Positions 29,781 to 39,376 of a stretch of 64,000 bases of DNA are shown here, piece by piece. The notes beneath the pieces were generated by a model. It saw only the letters and a list, made by a program, of their open reading frames with translations, made no database searches and was not told where the DNA came from. The stretch comes from a virus. The translations under genes and the position numbers were made by a program. The stretch spans positions 11,551 through 75,550 of IMG/VR virus record IMGVR_UViG_3300010354_000064; one strand, given 5' to 3'. Every line of letters starts with the position of its first letter. Position 1 is the stretch's first letter.

Positions 29781-30309
29781 CGTCGCCCTCAGCCGGGAGA
29801 AGCCCAGCCACGGTACGGACGGGCTCGGTGCGAAGGCGCAGGAACCGGAACCAGAGCCGCTTCCACCAGGGCAAGTGGTAGTTCGGAGTGCTCTCGTCCA
29901 GAGCCCAGAGAAGGGCGGCCACGGCAGGCAAGTTCGCGGAGAGCCACACCTCGTCCTCGACCTCTCGACGGAAGTCAGCGAGGATGTCCTCCTTCGTCCT
30001 AGTCGGCGTAAAGCTCGGGCACCGCTGGGCGTCGAGGGGCTCGTCGCAGATGTCCCCCTGCCACTCGGCGGGGTCGTCCGCACCAAGCATACAGAGCCCG
30101 ATGGTCTGCACGACCGGCAAATGCCGACGGTCCACCCGGTTGAAGCCGTCGTTCGGTTCCCCAGCGACTTCCTTGCGGGAGTCGAGCGGCTGACGATGGT
30201 TGTGCTGGCAGCGTCCCGGTAGCCGCTGGTTAGCCTCCGCTACGCGCCGGTCTAGTTCCGCTAGCAGCAGGGTGTGGATGCGGTTCTGGATTTCATCTCG
30301 GTTCTTCAT
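29761..30309 (-). CDS. hypothetical Cys/His-containing protein
   Basis: ATGA overlap with upstream gene; four Cys. Confidence 0.65.
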   Translation of the reverse strand: MKNRDEIQNRIHTLLLAELDRRVAEANQRLPGRCQHNHRQPLDSRKEVAGEPNDGFNRVDRRHLPVVQTIGLCMLGADDPAEWQGDICDEPLDAQRCPSFTPTRTKEDILADFRREVEDEVWLSANLPAVAALLWALDESTPNYHLPWWKRLWFRFLRLRTEPVRTVAGLLPAEGDDGVHGS

Positions 30310-30989
30310 CGGTGCCCTCGGATGCGCTTGAGCCCCAGGCTCCACGTCCCGTCGTCCTGCGTGTCCTCAGTCCCCTGGTAGGCCGTGTGCGCGTGGTCGA
30401 GGTAGGACTGCTTGTGGGTAATCATCAGCAGGTCGATGCCCGTCGAGTCCGCCAGCTTGCACAGGAACTTGCCCGCCTGGTCGGTGTACTCGTCGCTGAC
30501 CGCTGCCAACGTCTCGTCGAGAAGAAGCAGGGGGCGCTTCTTCAGCCGGAGAAGCGCGAGCAGCCGGAGCACGAGCGACGCAACGCTTGATGGCCCACCC
30601 CCGAAGGATTCCAGAGGGTGCCCTCGGATGACCGTTTCGTCCGCGCCTTGGCGCAGAAAGAAGTCGATGGCGACCTTGTTGTACTTGGTCCCGACTTCGG
30701 CCTCGAAGGCGAGCGACTGGTCGTGGAAGATGGTGTGAAGGCCCTCGGTGACGATGCCTTCGATGCCCTTCACTTGGTCGAGCACGAGCCTGTCCATCAG
30801 CACACGAAGAAGCTCGCCGACCTTGGTGAGCTTCTCGATGCTCTCCGACAGACTCGCCACCTCGGCCTCCTTCTCAGCCACTTCGGCCACAAGGGCGTCT
30901 CGCGCCACTTGCAGCCGAAGGGCTCTCCGGGATAGCTCGCGGGTACGCGCCGTCAGTCCTTCGAGGGCATGAACCGGGTCACTCGGCAT
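30306..30989 (-). CDS. SbcC/Rad50-like ATPase, C-terminal half
   Basis: Coiled coil, then signature-like FGGG, Walker B LLLLDE, H-loop ITH; no Walker A. Confidence 0.8.
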   Translation of the reverse strand: MPSDPVHALEGLTARTRELSRRALRLQVARDALVAEVAEKEAEVASLSESIEKLTKVGELLRVLMDRLVLDQVKGIEGIVTEGLHTIFHDQSLAFEAEVGTKYNKVAIDFFLRQGADETVIRGHPLESFGGGPSSVASLVLRLLALLRLKKRPLLLLDETLAAVSDEYTDQAGKFLCKLADSTGIDLLMITHKQSYLDHAHTAYQGTEDTQDDGTWSLGLKRIRGHR

Positions 30990-32197
30990 CGGTACGTGTT
31001 CTCCGGCTGCGTTTCTACACCGCTTCCGCCGATGACCTTGCCATCACCGTCGATGAGAAACTCGTCGATGGTGCGAAGCATCGCCTGGTCCTTCGGGCGG
31101 CGCTCGTCAGCCGGGAGAATCATGACCCGCATCTCCAGACGGTCGCCCTTCGCGCCTTCGAGGAGGTCGATGAGGTGGTAGAGGTTGACCCCGAAGGTGA
31201 AGTCGCGGCTCTCGGAACCATCCTTGGGGAGCACGGGCACCGGGAAGCTCTTTGCCTTCGAGTTGCCCTCGACGACCGAGAAACTCAGTTCGTTCGATGC
31301 CGCCGTGTAGGTCAGGCGGATTTTGTCCCGCTTCGCGTCGAGTTCGGTCTTCGTGTACTTCAGCGCGTTCACGAGAGCGCGCACAGGCACGTCGAAGACG
31401 AACTTGTCGTTCTTCAGCGCGTAGTAGGCGTACTTCGAGTGGGTCTTCGTGTGGTGAGCCCAGCCGAGCACCCGCCCCTTGCCGTCGATGGCGAAGGTCA
31501 TGTTCTGGCCGGTCTTGATGGTGACCGTGCTCTCGCACTTGCCGAGGAAGCTCGACACGAAGGGAAGGTGCTGCCCGTGAAGCCCGAGGCCCTTGCCCTT
31601 GAAGGCGTCGCAGTAGAAGTAGAACGCCTGCGTGCCGTTCGCGCCGAAGAGCGTGCCGTCACCCTTCGCCCACGCCTCGTTCGATTCGTCGAAAACCTGG
31701 ATGGCCTTGTACTGGTCTTCGGCCTTGTTGTCTTGGGGCTTGGCGAGGAAGGGCTTGGCGAGGCTGATGGACTCGCGGAGGATAGCGACCGAGAAGTCGC
31801 GCTCGTTCGAGGCTGCCTCCACGTCCTTATCGCAAGACGCCATGAGCTTGGGGTCGTAGCTCGTGCGCTCCGAGCCCGCGCCGCTGCCCGACGTGTATTT
31901 GACGGTGTGAACGTCGCCGCTGCTGGTGGCCTCGAAGGTCAGCACCTCGTCCTGAAGGAACCGAAAGCCCTCGATGTAGTCGGCAGGGTAGATGAACGAC
32001 CCCTCGCCTTCAACATCGGACACGGGGAAGTCCGCCCGCGCGACGTGCAGCGAGTCGCGGCTGTAGACGAAGCACGTCTCCCCTCGGATGACGAAGAGGT
32101 AGCCCTTACCACCCTGCGGGGTGATGGGGCGGGGCGGGACGATGGACACGATGTCGAGGGCCGCGTTGAGGTCGGCAGCCTTGGCCTGAAATTTCAT
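30953..32197 (-). CDS. dnaN: DNA polymerase III beta sliding clamp-like protein
   Basis: MKFQAKAADLNAALDIV start, three-domain spacing, FGVNLYHLIDLL and terminal FMP match the DnaN pattern; divergent. Confidence 0.65.
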   Translation of the reverse strand: MKFQAKAADLNAALDIVSIVPPRPITPQGGKGYLFVIRGETCFVYSRDSLHVARADFPVSDVEGEGSFIYPADYIEGFRFLQDEVLTFEATSSGDVHTVKYTSGSGAGSERTSYDPKLMASCDKDVEAASNERDFSVAILRESISLAKPFLAKPQDNKAEDQYKAIQVFDESNEAWAKGDGTLFGANGTQAFYFYCDAFKGKGLGLHGQHLPFVSSFLGKCESTVTIKTGQNMTFAIDGKGRVLGWAHHTKTHSKYAYYALKNDKFVFDVPVRALVNALKYTKTELDAKRDKIRLTYTAASNELSFSVVEGNSKAKSFPVPVLPKDGSESRDFTFGVNLYHLIDLLEGAKGDRLEMRVMILPADERRPKDQAMLRTIDEFLIDGDGKVIGGSGVETQPENTYRCRVTRFMPSKD

Positions 32198-32210
32198 CTG
32201 GGTGTTCCTC

Positions 32211-32486
32211 TCACTTCTTGGTGTCGTAGCTCGCCAGCGCGGCCTCGACGGCTACGAGGTCCGTCTCGTAAGTCGCAATCATCTCGGTCAACTGCCCCTG
32301 CACCTTGTCGCGCTCCTCGCGCAACGTCTTGGGGTCGTAGCCAGCCGCCCTGATTTCGACGATGAGTTGCGCAAGCTCCTCCTTCTTCGCCTGGAGCTTG
32401 CCACTCAGGTTCGACTTCTTCGTGTTGACGACCTCGGTTCGCTTCGCCAAGTCGTCGATTTTCTTACGTAGTTCTTCCGGGGTCAT
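32211..32486 (-). CDS. small coiled-coil protein
   Basis: 91 aa heptad-rich, SD GGAG. Confidence 0.7.
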   Translation of the reverse strand: MTPEELRKKIDDLAKRTEVVNTKKSNLSGKLQAKKEELAQLIVEIRAAGYDPKTLREERDKVQGQLTEMIATYETDLVAVEAALASYDTKK

Positions 32487-32501
32487 CGCATCTCCGTGAG
32501 G

Positions 32502-33392
32502 CTAGAAGCCGACATCTTCTACACCTACGCCATCACCGACGGTATCGATTTGGCGAGACAGGAATGTCTCGCCGTCGATGCAGACCGGCCGGTATGCGCA
32601 GAGGTTACACTTACCACTAGGCTGGGCAGGGAACGTCGTGGGGAGCAGGGGCAGGGGGTTCTCCGACTGAGCAAGGAGCCTCTTGCCTTGCTCGATGTGT
32701 TGCACGCTGTCTAGTACACCGGCCAGCAGGTCATCGAGCGACTTCTCGTCGAAGGCTACCCAATCGAGGCTGTTTTCGGGCTCCTGCCGCCAGTAGACGA
32801 AGCCGAGGCGGTCGGGCGCGTGCCCGAACTTGCGACGGTGAAGCATCGCGTACCACCATAGCTGCTGGGGATCGACGTACTTGTCCCGGTGCCGCGAACC
32901 CTTGCCGTCGAGGATGACCAAATCCCCGTGAGGCTTCACGCGCCGGATGATGAAGTCCGCGCGCCCCCCAATCATGTGCCCGTCGATGAGCGAGTCGAGC
33001 TTGACCTCGGCGTCGGCGGGCTGGCCGAGTAGCCGGTGGTGCCGAACGATGCCGATGCCTCTTGGGATGGCCTTCATGACCTCACGCCGCAGCGTGTCGC
33101 GGGACTTGTAGTTGGCCCTCTTGTCCTCCCAGTCGAAGACCCCCGTCTCGCTCTCGCGCCGGATGATGCTGTCGAGGGTGGGGTCCACCATCGCTTCGAG
33201 AAGCTCTTGGACCCCCTTCTGCATCCAGATGCGCTCGTTATAGAACGCCTCGAAGATGGTCCCGACAGTCGAGCCGTAAAGCGCGTTCACCCGGTTATCG
33301 GGGGTGTCGAGCTTCGTCTTGCCGATGTAGCGATGCCAGTACTGCCGGGGGCAGTCCTTGTACGTCTTATGGCCGGAGTAGGAGAGGTACAC
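32502..33392 (-). CDS. PD-(D/E)XK RecB/Cas4-like exonuclease
   Basis: LSYS..Y..CP, GRADF, ILDGK, QL.WY, C-terminal CNLCAYRPVC. Confidence 0.85.
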   Translation of the reverse strand: MYLSYSGHKTYKDCPRQYWHRYIGKTKLDTPDNRVNALYGSTVGTIFEAFYNERIWMQKGVQELLEAMVDPTLDSIIRRESETGVFDWEDKRANYKSRDTLRREVMKAIPRGIGIVRHHRLLGQPADAEVKLDSLIDGHMIGGRADFIIRRVKPHGDLVILDGKGSRHRDKYVDPQQLWWYAMLHRRKFGHAPDRLGFVYWRQEPENSLDWVAFDEKSLDDLLAGVLDSVQHIEQGKRLLAQSENPLPLLPTTFPAQPSGKCNLCAYRPVCIDGETFLSRQIDTVGDGVGVEDVGF

Positions 33393-33393
33393 G

Positions 33394-34374
33394 TCAACCC
33401 ACTTCTGCGCGAGCGCGTTCGAGATACCCAAGAGCCAAGTCCCGCACTTCCCTGGCGAAGTCCAGAGCTTGCAAGTTGGCCTCAATGCTCAGAGATGGGT
33501 CATACTCGGCGCTCGCACGGAGGGTGGCGACGAAGTTGTCGATTTCGACACCCTCGGCCTCCGCGCGCTCCTTGCGCTCGAAGTCGAACACGTCGGCGGC
33601 AGGGGCAACAATCATGGGCATCGTGACCGTCACGATGCCGCTCGGCTGCACCTCCAGCAGGGTGGCGCTCGGGGTTCGCTCGATGTTCTCGCGGATGAGG
33701 GCTCCTCGGGAGAGCGCCCCTTGGTTGACGAACTGCTTGCCTCCGACCTCGATAATGCCCTGGTCTTTGTGCCAATGCCCGAAGCACCACACGTCGGGAC
33801 CGTCGGGGGTCACGAGGTCGGGGTAACGGAAGACGGGCTCGCCGAAGAAATCCTCGACGCTCGGAGGCGGGTCGGCCCCCGCGAGCGCGTGGACGATAGC
33901 GATGAGGAAGTCGTCCCCCGGCTGCTTCTGGATGGCGAGTAGCTCGTCGAGCTTGCGGAACGGGCTGTAGGGCACACCGACCACCCGGACACGCATCCCC
34001 CCGTCCTCGAATACGGCCTCTCGGAGGTGCTCGAAGACCTTGGCGGCGTAGAGCACACCGAGAGGCTGCTTCGGCACGGAGTCGAGGTTGTTGTAGGCGA
34101 TGTCGTGGTTGCCCTCGACGCAGTAGACGGGGCAAGGGTAGGCCCGGTGAACCTCGGCCGTCCGCGCCACGACCGCGTGAGGGTTCCGGGTGGCCGCCTT
34201 GACGTGGAAGTAGTCGCCCCCGTCGAGCACGGCCTTCACGCCGTGCTTCCGCGCAAGCTGACCGACCTGCTCCAGGTTCGACCAGACCTCGGAGGGGTAA
34301 TCCCCCTTCCACGAGGACGGGCTGCGGTCGCTGACGTGCGTATCGGTGCGGAACAGGAAGGCGAGCCGGGGCAT
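33394..34374 (-). CDS. sbcD: SbcD/Mre11-like metallophosphoesterase nuclease
   Basis: TDTH, GGDYFH, GNHD, GHWH motifs. Confidence 0.88.
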   Translation of the reverse strand: MPRLAFLFRTDTHVSDRSPSSWKGDYPSEVWSNLEQVGQLARKHGVKAVLDGGDYFHVKAATRNPHAVVARTAEVHRAYPCPVYCVEGNHDIAYNNLDSVPKQPLGVLYAAKVFEHLREAVFEDGGMRVRVVGVPYSPFRKLDELLAIQKQPGDDFLIAIVHALAGADPPPSVEDFFGEPVFRYPDLVTPDGPDVWCFGHWHKDQGIIEVGGKQFVNQGALSRGALIRENIERTPSATLLEVQPSGIVTVTMPMIVAPAADVFDFERKERAEAEGVEIDNFVATLRASAEYDPSLSIEANLQALDFAREVRDLALGYLERARAEVG

Positions 34375-34378
34375 GAGG

Positions 34379-35593
34379 CTACTCTACACCTCCGCACTCC
34401 GCAACGGAGCGCGCACACGTCGGGCAGACGCCAAGTTCGTCTTGCTCTGCCTTGATGGCCGTTTCCTCTGTCAGAACGACCGCGAGTTCATCGTCCAGGC
34501 TCTTGACCAGAGCCATCAGGTTCGTGTGCTTGGTGAGCAGGGCGTCGAGGGCCGTGAGCCGGTCGCGCGCTTCCGTGAGCGCCTTGGCCTCGGGCACCGG
34601 AGCCGACTCAACCGCCTTCCAGGGGCCAAGCCAGCCCTTCATCTCGACGAGCTTGGCGACCCATCCGTCGAGACGAGTCAGAGCCTTGGATGCGTCACCG
34701 AGCGCGGCGGCGGACGGCACCTGCACGTCCTCGACACCCGAGAGGCGGGCAATCTCCTGCTCTCGGGCTAGCTTCCGGGCCAGGAACTCATCGAGGGCAT
34801 CAAGCCGCTCCTCCTCGGCGCGCAACGTCGAGGGGTCGGGGATGACGATGGCCGTGACCTTCCCAAGCTCACGGACTACCCCTGCGAGCGACGACAGTTG
34901 CCCGAGGAACTCGTCTACCCGCTGGAGAGCGCGCTCCTGCTTCTCGATGGCAACGTGACGGTCAGCGATGGCTTGGGCATCGGCCAAAGCAGTATCGAGC
35001 CCGTCGTAGGCGACGAGCTTGGTGCGAAGGTCGGTCACGTCCTTCTCGCGGACCTTGCGGGTCGAGACGGCTTCCTTGCGGTCACGCTCCGCGAGCCGCA
35101 TGGCCGCGTTGATGCGGTCGAGCCGCGCCACGTCCGAGAGGGTATCGGCAACGGCCCCACCCGTCTGGTCGAGCAGGAAGATGGGGCTGAACTGGTCGGC
35201 GACCTGGAGCATCTCCTGCCGGTCGCCGACCTTCACGGGAGCGAAGTCGGGCTGAAGGAAGTCCGGCGTTCCGCGCTCGGCCTTGTCGTAGACCGCCCCG
35301 TTGAACGTGTAGCGGTTGATGGCGTCGCCCTTCTCCCAGAGGAGGTCGAAGCCCTCGGCGACCATGTGGACGGAGGCGAAGCACTTGCAGGTTTTCGCCT
35401 TCTTGGTGCGCCGGAGGCAGGCTGCCCCGTGACGGACGAACGAAGACGCAGGTGCCCCCGTGAGGGCCGCCTTCACGGCTCTCACGAGGGCACTCTTACC
35501 GATGTTGCTGCGCCCGACGATGACGGTGAACCCGTCAATGCGGAAGGCTGCCTTCTCGATAGACTGGAAGTTACGGACTTCGACCTCGACCAC
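34379..35593 (-). CDS. SbcC/Rad50-like ATPase, N-terminal half ending at zinc hook
   Basis: VRNFQS, Walker A GRSNIGKS, Q-loop, long coiled coil, terminal CPTC. Confidence 0.85.
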   Translation of the reverse strand: MVEVEVRNFQSIEKAAFRIDGFTVIVGRSNIGKSALVRAVKAALTGAPASSFVRHGAACLRRTKKAKTCKCFASVHMVAEGFDLLWEKGDAINRYTFNGAVYDKAERGTPDFLQPDFAPVKVGDRQEMLQVADQFSPIFLLDQTGGAVADTLSDVARLDRINAAMRLAERDRKEAVSTRKVREKDVTDLRTKLVAYDGLDTALADAQAIADRHVAIEKQERALQRVDEFLGQLSSLAGVVRELGKVTAIVIPDPSTLRAEEERLDALDEFLARKLAREQEIARLSGVEDVQVPSAAALGDASKALTRLDGWVAKLVEMKGWLGPWKAVESAPVPEAKALTEARDRLTALDALLTKHTNLMALVKSLDDELAVVLTEETAIKAEQDELGVCPTCARSVAECGGVE

Positions 35594-35595
35594 GG

Positions 35596-36840
35596 TTACT
35601 CCGCGCCCGCGTCGGCATCCTCCACGACCTCTTCGGTGGGCGAGTCGGGGGAGTCGTCGAACTCCTGCCCCATGTCCGACAGGAGGCTATCCTCCTCGCC
35701 GATGTCCTCGTCCTTGACGACCGTGCTAGCAGCGCCGAGGGCAGCCGTCACCTTACCACAGACCTCGGTGTAGAGCTTGGTGTTCTCCATGAGGAGCGCA
35801 CGGAACTTGTCGCGGCCCTGGGTCCGGTGCTCGCCGTAGGCGTAGTAGGCACCCTCCTTCTTGACGATGCCCTGCGCGATACCCGTCTCGATGATGCTGA
35901 AGTAGTTGTCGAGCCCGTACCCGTACCGGATGAAGAAGTCGCCGCTCGACCCCTGGGTGCCGTCGAGCTTGTTCTTCACGACCTTCACCTGGGTCTTGTT
36001 GCCATACGGGAACTTCTTGGTCTTGCCCGACATCGGGTCTTTCTTCTCGATGATTTCCGAGCCCGTTCGGATGAACCGCAGACGGAGGCTCGCGTAGAAC
36101 TTGACGGCCTTGCCGCCCGCCGTGTTGGTATCGGGTCCATGCCCACCCGTCGCGATGACGGCGCGCTCCTGGTTCAGGAGGATGAGCGCCGTACCGAGCT
36201 TCGTGGGGTCCATCTTCTTCGTCTCCCCAGAGCCGGTCTTCGGGCAGGTGGCAAGCCACCCGCAAATCTTGGGGAGCGTCTCGGCCATCTTCTTCGCCAC
36301 CGCGCCGACCTTGGCGGTGTCGTCGAGCTTCTTCTCCAGTTCGTCCTTCGGCACCATCGCGGCCACCGAGTCCACGATGATGAGGTCAACCCCGGTGTTG
36401 ATGCCGACCCAAATCATCTTCAGGCCCTCCTCCATCGTGTCGGGTGCGAACACCATGAAGGAGTCGTCGTACTTGACGCCGATGCTCTGGGCATAGCCGT
36501 GGTGAATGGCGTGCTCGAAGTCCAGGAACATGACGGTGCCCCCAGCCTTCTGGACCTGCACAGCAGCCGAGAGCGCCACCGTCGTCTTACCGGAGGACTC
36601 CGGCCCGAAGATTTCGGTGACCTTGCGGCGCGGATAGCCGGGGCACGTCAGGCCCTTGCCATCCTTCGCGAGGCTGCCACCGATGAGCCCGTTGATGATG
36701 ATGCTGCCTGAATCGACGTGAGGGAGCGTCGAGAACGACGCCTCGACGGGCTTCTGCCCGGTCGCCTTGAGGATGAGAGCCCTCGCGGCGGTAAGAGCGT
36801 TCGGTGCGTTGTCAGATTTCTTGGCTTTGGCTGCACTCAT
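35596..36840 (-). CDS. recA: recombinase A
   Basis: EIFGPESSGKTT, DFEHA, IIVDSVAA, GGKAVKFYASLRL, KVVKNK. Confidence 0.95.
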   Translation of the reverse strand: MSAAKAKKSDNAPNALTAARALILKATGQKPVEASFSTLPHVDSGSIIINGLIGGSLAKDGKGLTCPGYPRRKVTEIFGPESSGKTTVALSAAVQVQKAGGTVMFLDFEHAIHHGYAQSIGVKYDDSFMVFAPDTMEEGLKMIWVGINTGVDLIIVDSVAAMVPKDELEKKLDDTAKVGAVAKKMAETLPKICGWLATCPKTGSGETKKMDPTKLGTALILLNQERAVIATGGHGPDTNTAGGKAVKFYASLRLRFIRTGSEIIEKKDPMSGKTKKFPYGNKTQVKVVKNKLDGTQGSSGDFFIRYGYGLDNYFSIIETGIAQGIVKKEGAYYAYGEHRTQGRDKFRALLMENTKLYTEVCGKVTAALGAASTVVKDEDIGEEDSLLSDMGQEFDDSPDSPTEEVVEDADAGAE

Positions 36841-37484
36841 TTGGGAATCTCCGAGAAGCGAAAGAACCGTTGACCTTCCTTGAAGGCCGCGCCCATCTGG
36901 ACCGTCTCGCCCTTCTTCTTACCCCGCGTGAACGTGTGGACGCGGGCGAAAGAGCGGTGCTCGGCAGGGGTGAGGTCGGCTTCGAGGATGTCGCCTCGCA
37001 CGAACCCAAAGAAACGAGCGGCGAAGCGGGCGAGGTGATAGGCGTCGGCCTCGTTGTGGTTGAACTTGCCCTTGATGCCGGTGTCGGCCTTGGCAGCTTC
37101 AACCATGTCGGCCTTGAACATCTTGCCGGTGCGAACGGACGGGTCTTCCTTCGCGAGCATCTTGAGGGTGCCGGGGTCGAAGTACACCACGTCCCTGCGG
37201 CGGACGTAGATGGCCTCGTTCACCATCATGAAGAGGGCGTAGAGCCCTTCGCTGTACTGCTCGCCGAAAGGCGGTGACTCGACGCCCACCGCTGCGATGG
37301 CAGGGTGTTCGTCGAGCACGCGACCCACAGACTCGCGAAGCTCGATGTACCGCTGAACGAAAATCGCCTTGGAGGAGGTCGAGAACCTACCCCTCGCGAC
37401 GACGCGCGCGGCACCAGAAGCGTCGGAGTCGTGGACGCACCATCCGAAGCCCGTCAGAGACGGGTCGAGGCCAAGTGTGAGCAT
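36837..37484 (-). CDS. ruvC: RuvC-like Holliday junction resolvase
   Basis: LGLDPSLTGFG, VGVES, NEADAY. Confidence 0.85.
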   Translation of the reverse strand: MLTLGLDPSLTGFGWCVHDSDASGAARVVARGRFSTSSKAIFVQRYIELRESVGRVLDEHPAIAAVGVESPPFGEQYSEGLYALFMMVNEAIYVRRRDVVYFDPGTLKMLAKEDPSVRTGKMFKADMVEAAKADTGIKGKFNHNEADAYHLARFAARFFGFVRGDILEADLTPAEHRSFARVHTFTRGKKKGETVQMGAAFKEGQRFFRFSEIPK

Positions 37485-37503
37485 GGCGATAGATACACCG
37501 AAG

Positions 37504-37531
37504 GCCGAGCCGGGCTTTCACCCAACTCGGC
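37504..37531 (-). terminator. hairpin downstream of SSB candidate
   Basis: GCCGAG...CTCGGC stem with inner GGG/CCC; no strong U-tract. Confidence 0.4.
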
Positions 37532-37544
37532 CCCCAGTCGCCGG

Positions 37545-38417
37545 TCACACGCCGTCGAGAACGTCCGCGAAGTCACCCGCCGAAGCGGCCGACACGTCGC
37601 TGACCGCCGAACCACCGAGGCCGAGCTTCGCACGAAGCTGGTCGGTCGTCATCTCGCGGAAGGGAACGAGCTTCTCGAACATCGGAATCGCCCTGGCGAG
37701 CACGACGTTGCGGAACTTCTCGGACTTCTGCCAGAGAGCAGGACCGACGAAGCTGACCGCGATGTTCTGGTACTGGGCGTCCTTGCACTCCAGCTTGATG
37801 TCCTGCGAGTGCAGACCCATGCCGTTGTCCTTCAGCCCCGCATTGAGCTTCCAGAGGTCTTCGTAGACCCGCTTGCCGAAGCGCCAGGGGATGAGGTTCC
37901 AGTCGGTGAGGAGACGGTCCTTGTCGATGTTCCCGGCGCGGTCGGTCGGGTACGTCAGGAGCAGCGTCGTGTGGTACTGCTTCGGCTCCGCGATTTTGTT
38001 CCAGACCGCATCGGCGTCGGGGCCGTCCTTGCCCTTGCGGTTGATGACGAAGCCGAGCCCCTGCTGGTAGCTCGCCATCATGCGCTTGAACTTCGCCTCG
38101 GAGAGGTCGAGTCGGTCCACCTGCGTCAGAGCGTCCACGCTCTTGCCGAGCGATTGAGCGCGCTCCTCCAGGGCCTTCTGGGCCACCGCACGGAGGTCCG
38201 CAGCAGAGGGCGTCTCACCCCGACGACGAGCCTCAGCACGGAGGCGGGCCACGGCGTTGAGGTCGATGGGGTGGAAGTAGACGAGGGCGGCGCGGATGTT
38301 CTGCCCCTTGGTCATCTTCAACCAGTTCTCGCGGTCGTTGTAGACCTTCGAGTCCTCGTCGAGGCCCACGTCCTCGTCGAGGTTGTAGTCGGGGTCGAAC
38401 GGATTGTGGCTTGCCAT
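37545..38417 (-). CDS. single-stranded DNA-binding protein candidate (gp32-like)
   Basis: WLK...GQ..R N-terminal pattern, acidic tail (DFADVLDGV), strong codon bias, next to recA/ruvC. Confidence 0.5.
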   Translation of the reverse strand: MASHNPFDPDYNLDEDVGLDEDSKVYNDRENWLKMTKGQNIRAALVYFHPIDLNAVARLRAEARRRGETPSAADLRAVAQKALEERAQSLGKSVDALTQVDRLDLSEAKFKRMMASYQQGLGFVINRKGKDGPDADAVWNKIAEPKQYHTTLLLTYPTDRAGNIDKDRLLTDWNLIPWRFGKRVYEDLWKLNAGLKDNGMGLHSQDIKLECKDAQYQNIAVSFVGPALWQKSEKFRNVVLARAIPMFEKLVPFREMTTDQLRAKLGLGGSAVSDVSAASAGDFADVLDGV

Positions 38418-38596
38418 GTTCTTGCTCTCTTTCTTTGGGGCTGCCCCACGCACAGTTGCCGGTCAGGCGGGTGGTGAGGACAAGCCAGTTGGTTGAAACG
38501 AGCGGCCCCCTTGGCCGGTTCCGGCGGGCGCTGGGGGAGAAGGCCCATCAGATTTGCCTTCGGGGCCGCTCAACTCCTATCATACACCGGCCGAGG

Positions 38597-39376
38597 TCAG
38601 ATATTCGCGAAGACTTCTGCGAAATCGTCATCGAGCGAGGTCGATTTTTCGGCGTCATCATCCGTGTCGCCCAGGAACGCTGCGATGGCCTGGGCGGCCG
38701 GGTCCGCCGGGGCAGACGGCTGAGGTACGGGGGCTTCTTCGACGGAAGCCGCCACGGGGGGCGGAGCCGCAGGCGTGGCGGGAGGCAGGCTGACCGGGGG
38801 CGTCGGAGTGCCTGCCATGAGCCGCTCCAGTTCCTCCTCGGTCATGTCATCCCCGAACGCCGGAGCCACGGGACGACGCTCGTGCGGGGAAGCACGCTCG
38901 TCGCCGTACATGGCCCCGGTGTCGATTTCGTCGCGAATCAGACTCCGCTGGAGCTTGATTTCCGACATCGTTGCGGTCAGTTCCTTGTGCCGGTGCCTGA
39001 CAGCCTTATCGACGAACTCCAAGTCTTGCAGGGCGGCCTTCAGCGACTCGATAACTTGCCGCTCGTCCCGCAGAAACACACCGACCGTGGCCTTGCGGTC
39101 CTCGATGCTGGGTAGCCGCCGAACACGGTCGTCGTTCGCGAGCAGGTCGTCGAAGCTCAACTGGTAGGCCGCTTCTCGTGCGCGGAGGTCGCGGGAGAGC
39201 ACCTGCTTCTCCCGATGCACCTCTAGCTGGACGCGGCTGACGGCGTTCAGGTAGTTGCGCGTCTTCGCGATGAGGTCGTTCAGGTAGAGCGGCCCGAGCG
39301 AGCGCGGGTCGGGGTGAAGCTGTACGAGGTACTGCTCCAGTTCGGCGTAGACTTCCTTGATGCGGTCGAGCTTCAC
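38597..39376 (-). CDS. hypothetical coiled-coil protein with acidic tail (possible recombination mediator)
   Basis: Helical N-terminus, Pro linker, DDDFAEVF tail. Confidence 0.6.
   Translation of the reverse strand: MKLDRIKEVYAELEQYLVQLHPDPRSLGPLYLNDLIAKTRNYLNAVSRVQLEVHREKQVLSRDLRAREAAYQLSFDDLLANDDRVRRLPSIEDRKATVGVFLRDERQVIESLKAALQDLEFVDKAVRHRHKELTATMSEIKLQRSLIRDEIDTGAMYGDERASPHERRPVAPAFGDDMTEEELERLMAGTPTPPVSLPPATPAAPPPVAASVEEAPVPQPSAPADPAAQAIAAFLGDTDDDAEKSTSLDDDFAEVFANI

Noticed and set aside
32502-33392. Cas4-like nuclease as evidence of a CRISPR-Cas system
   Set aside because: No cas1/cas2 or array; the context is recombination genes.
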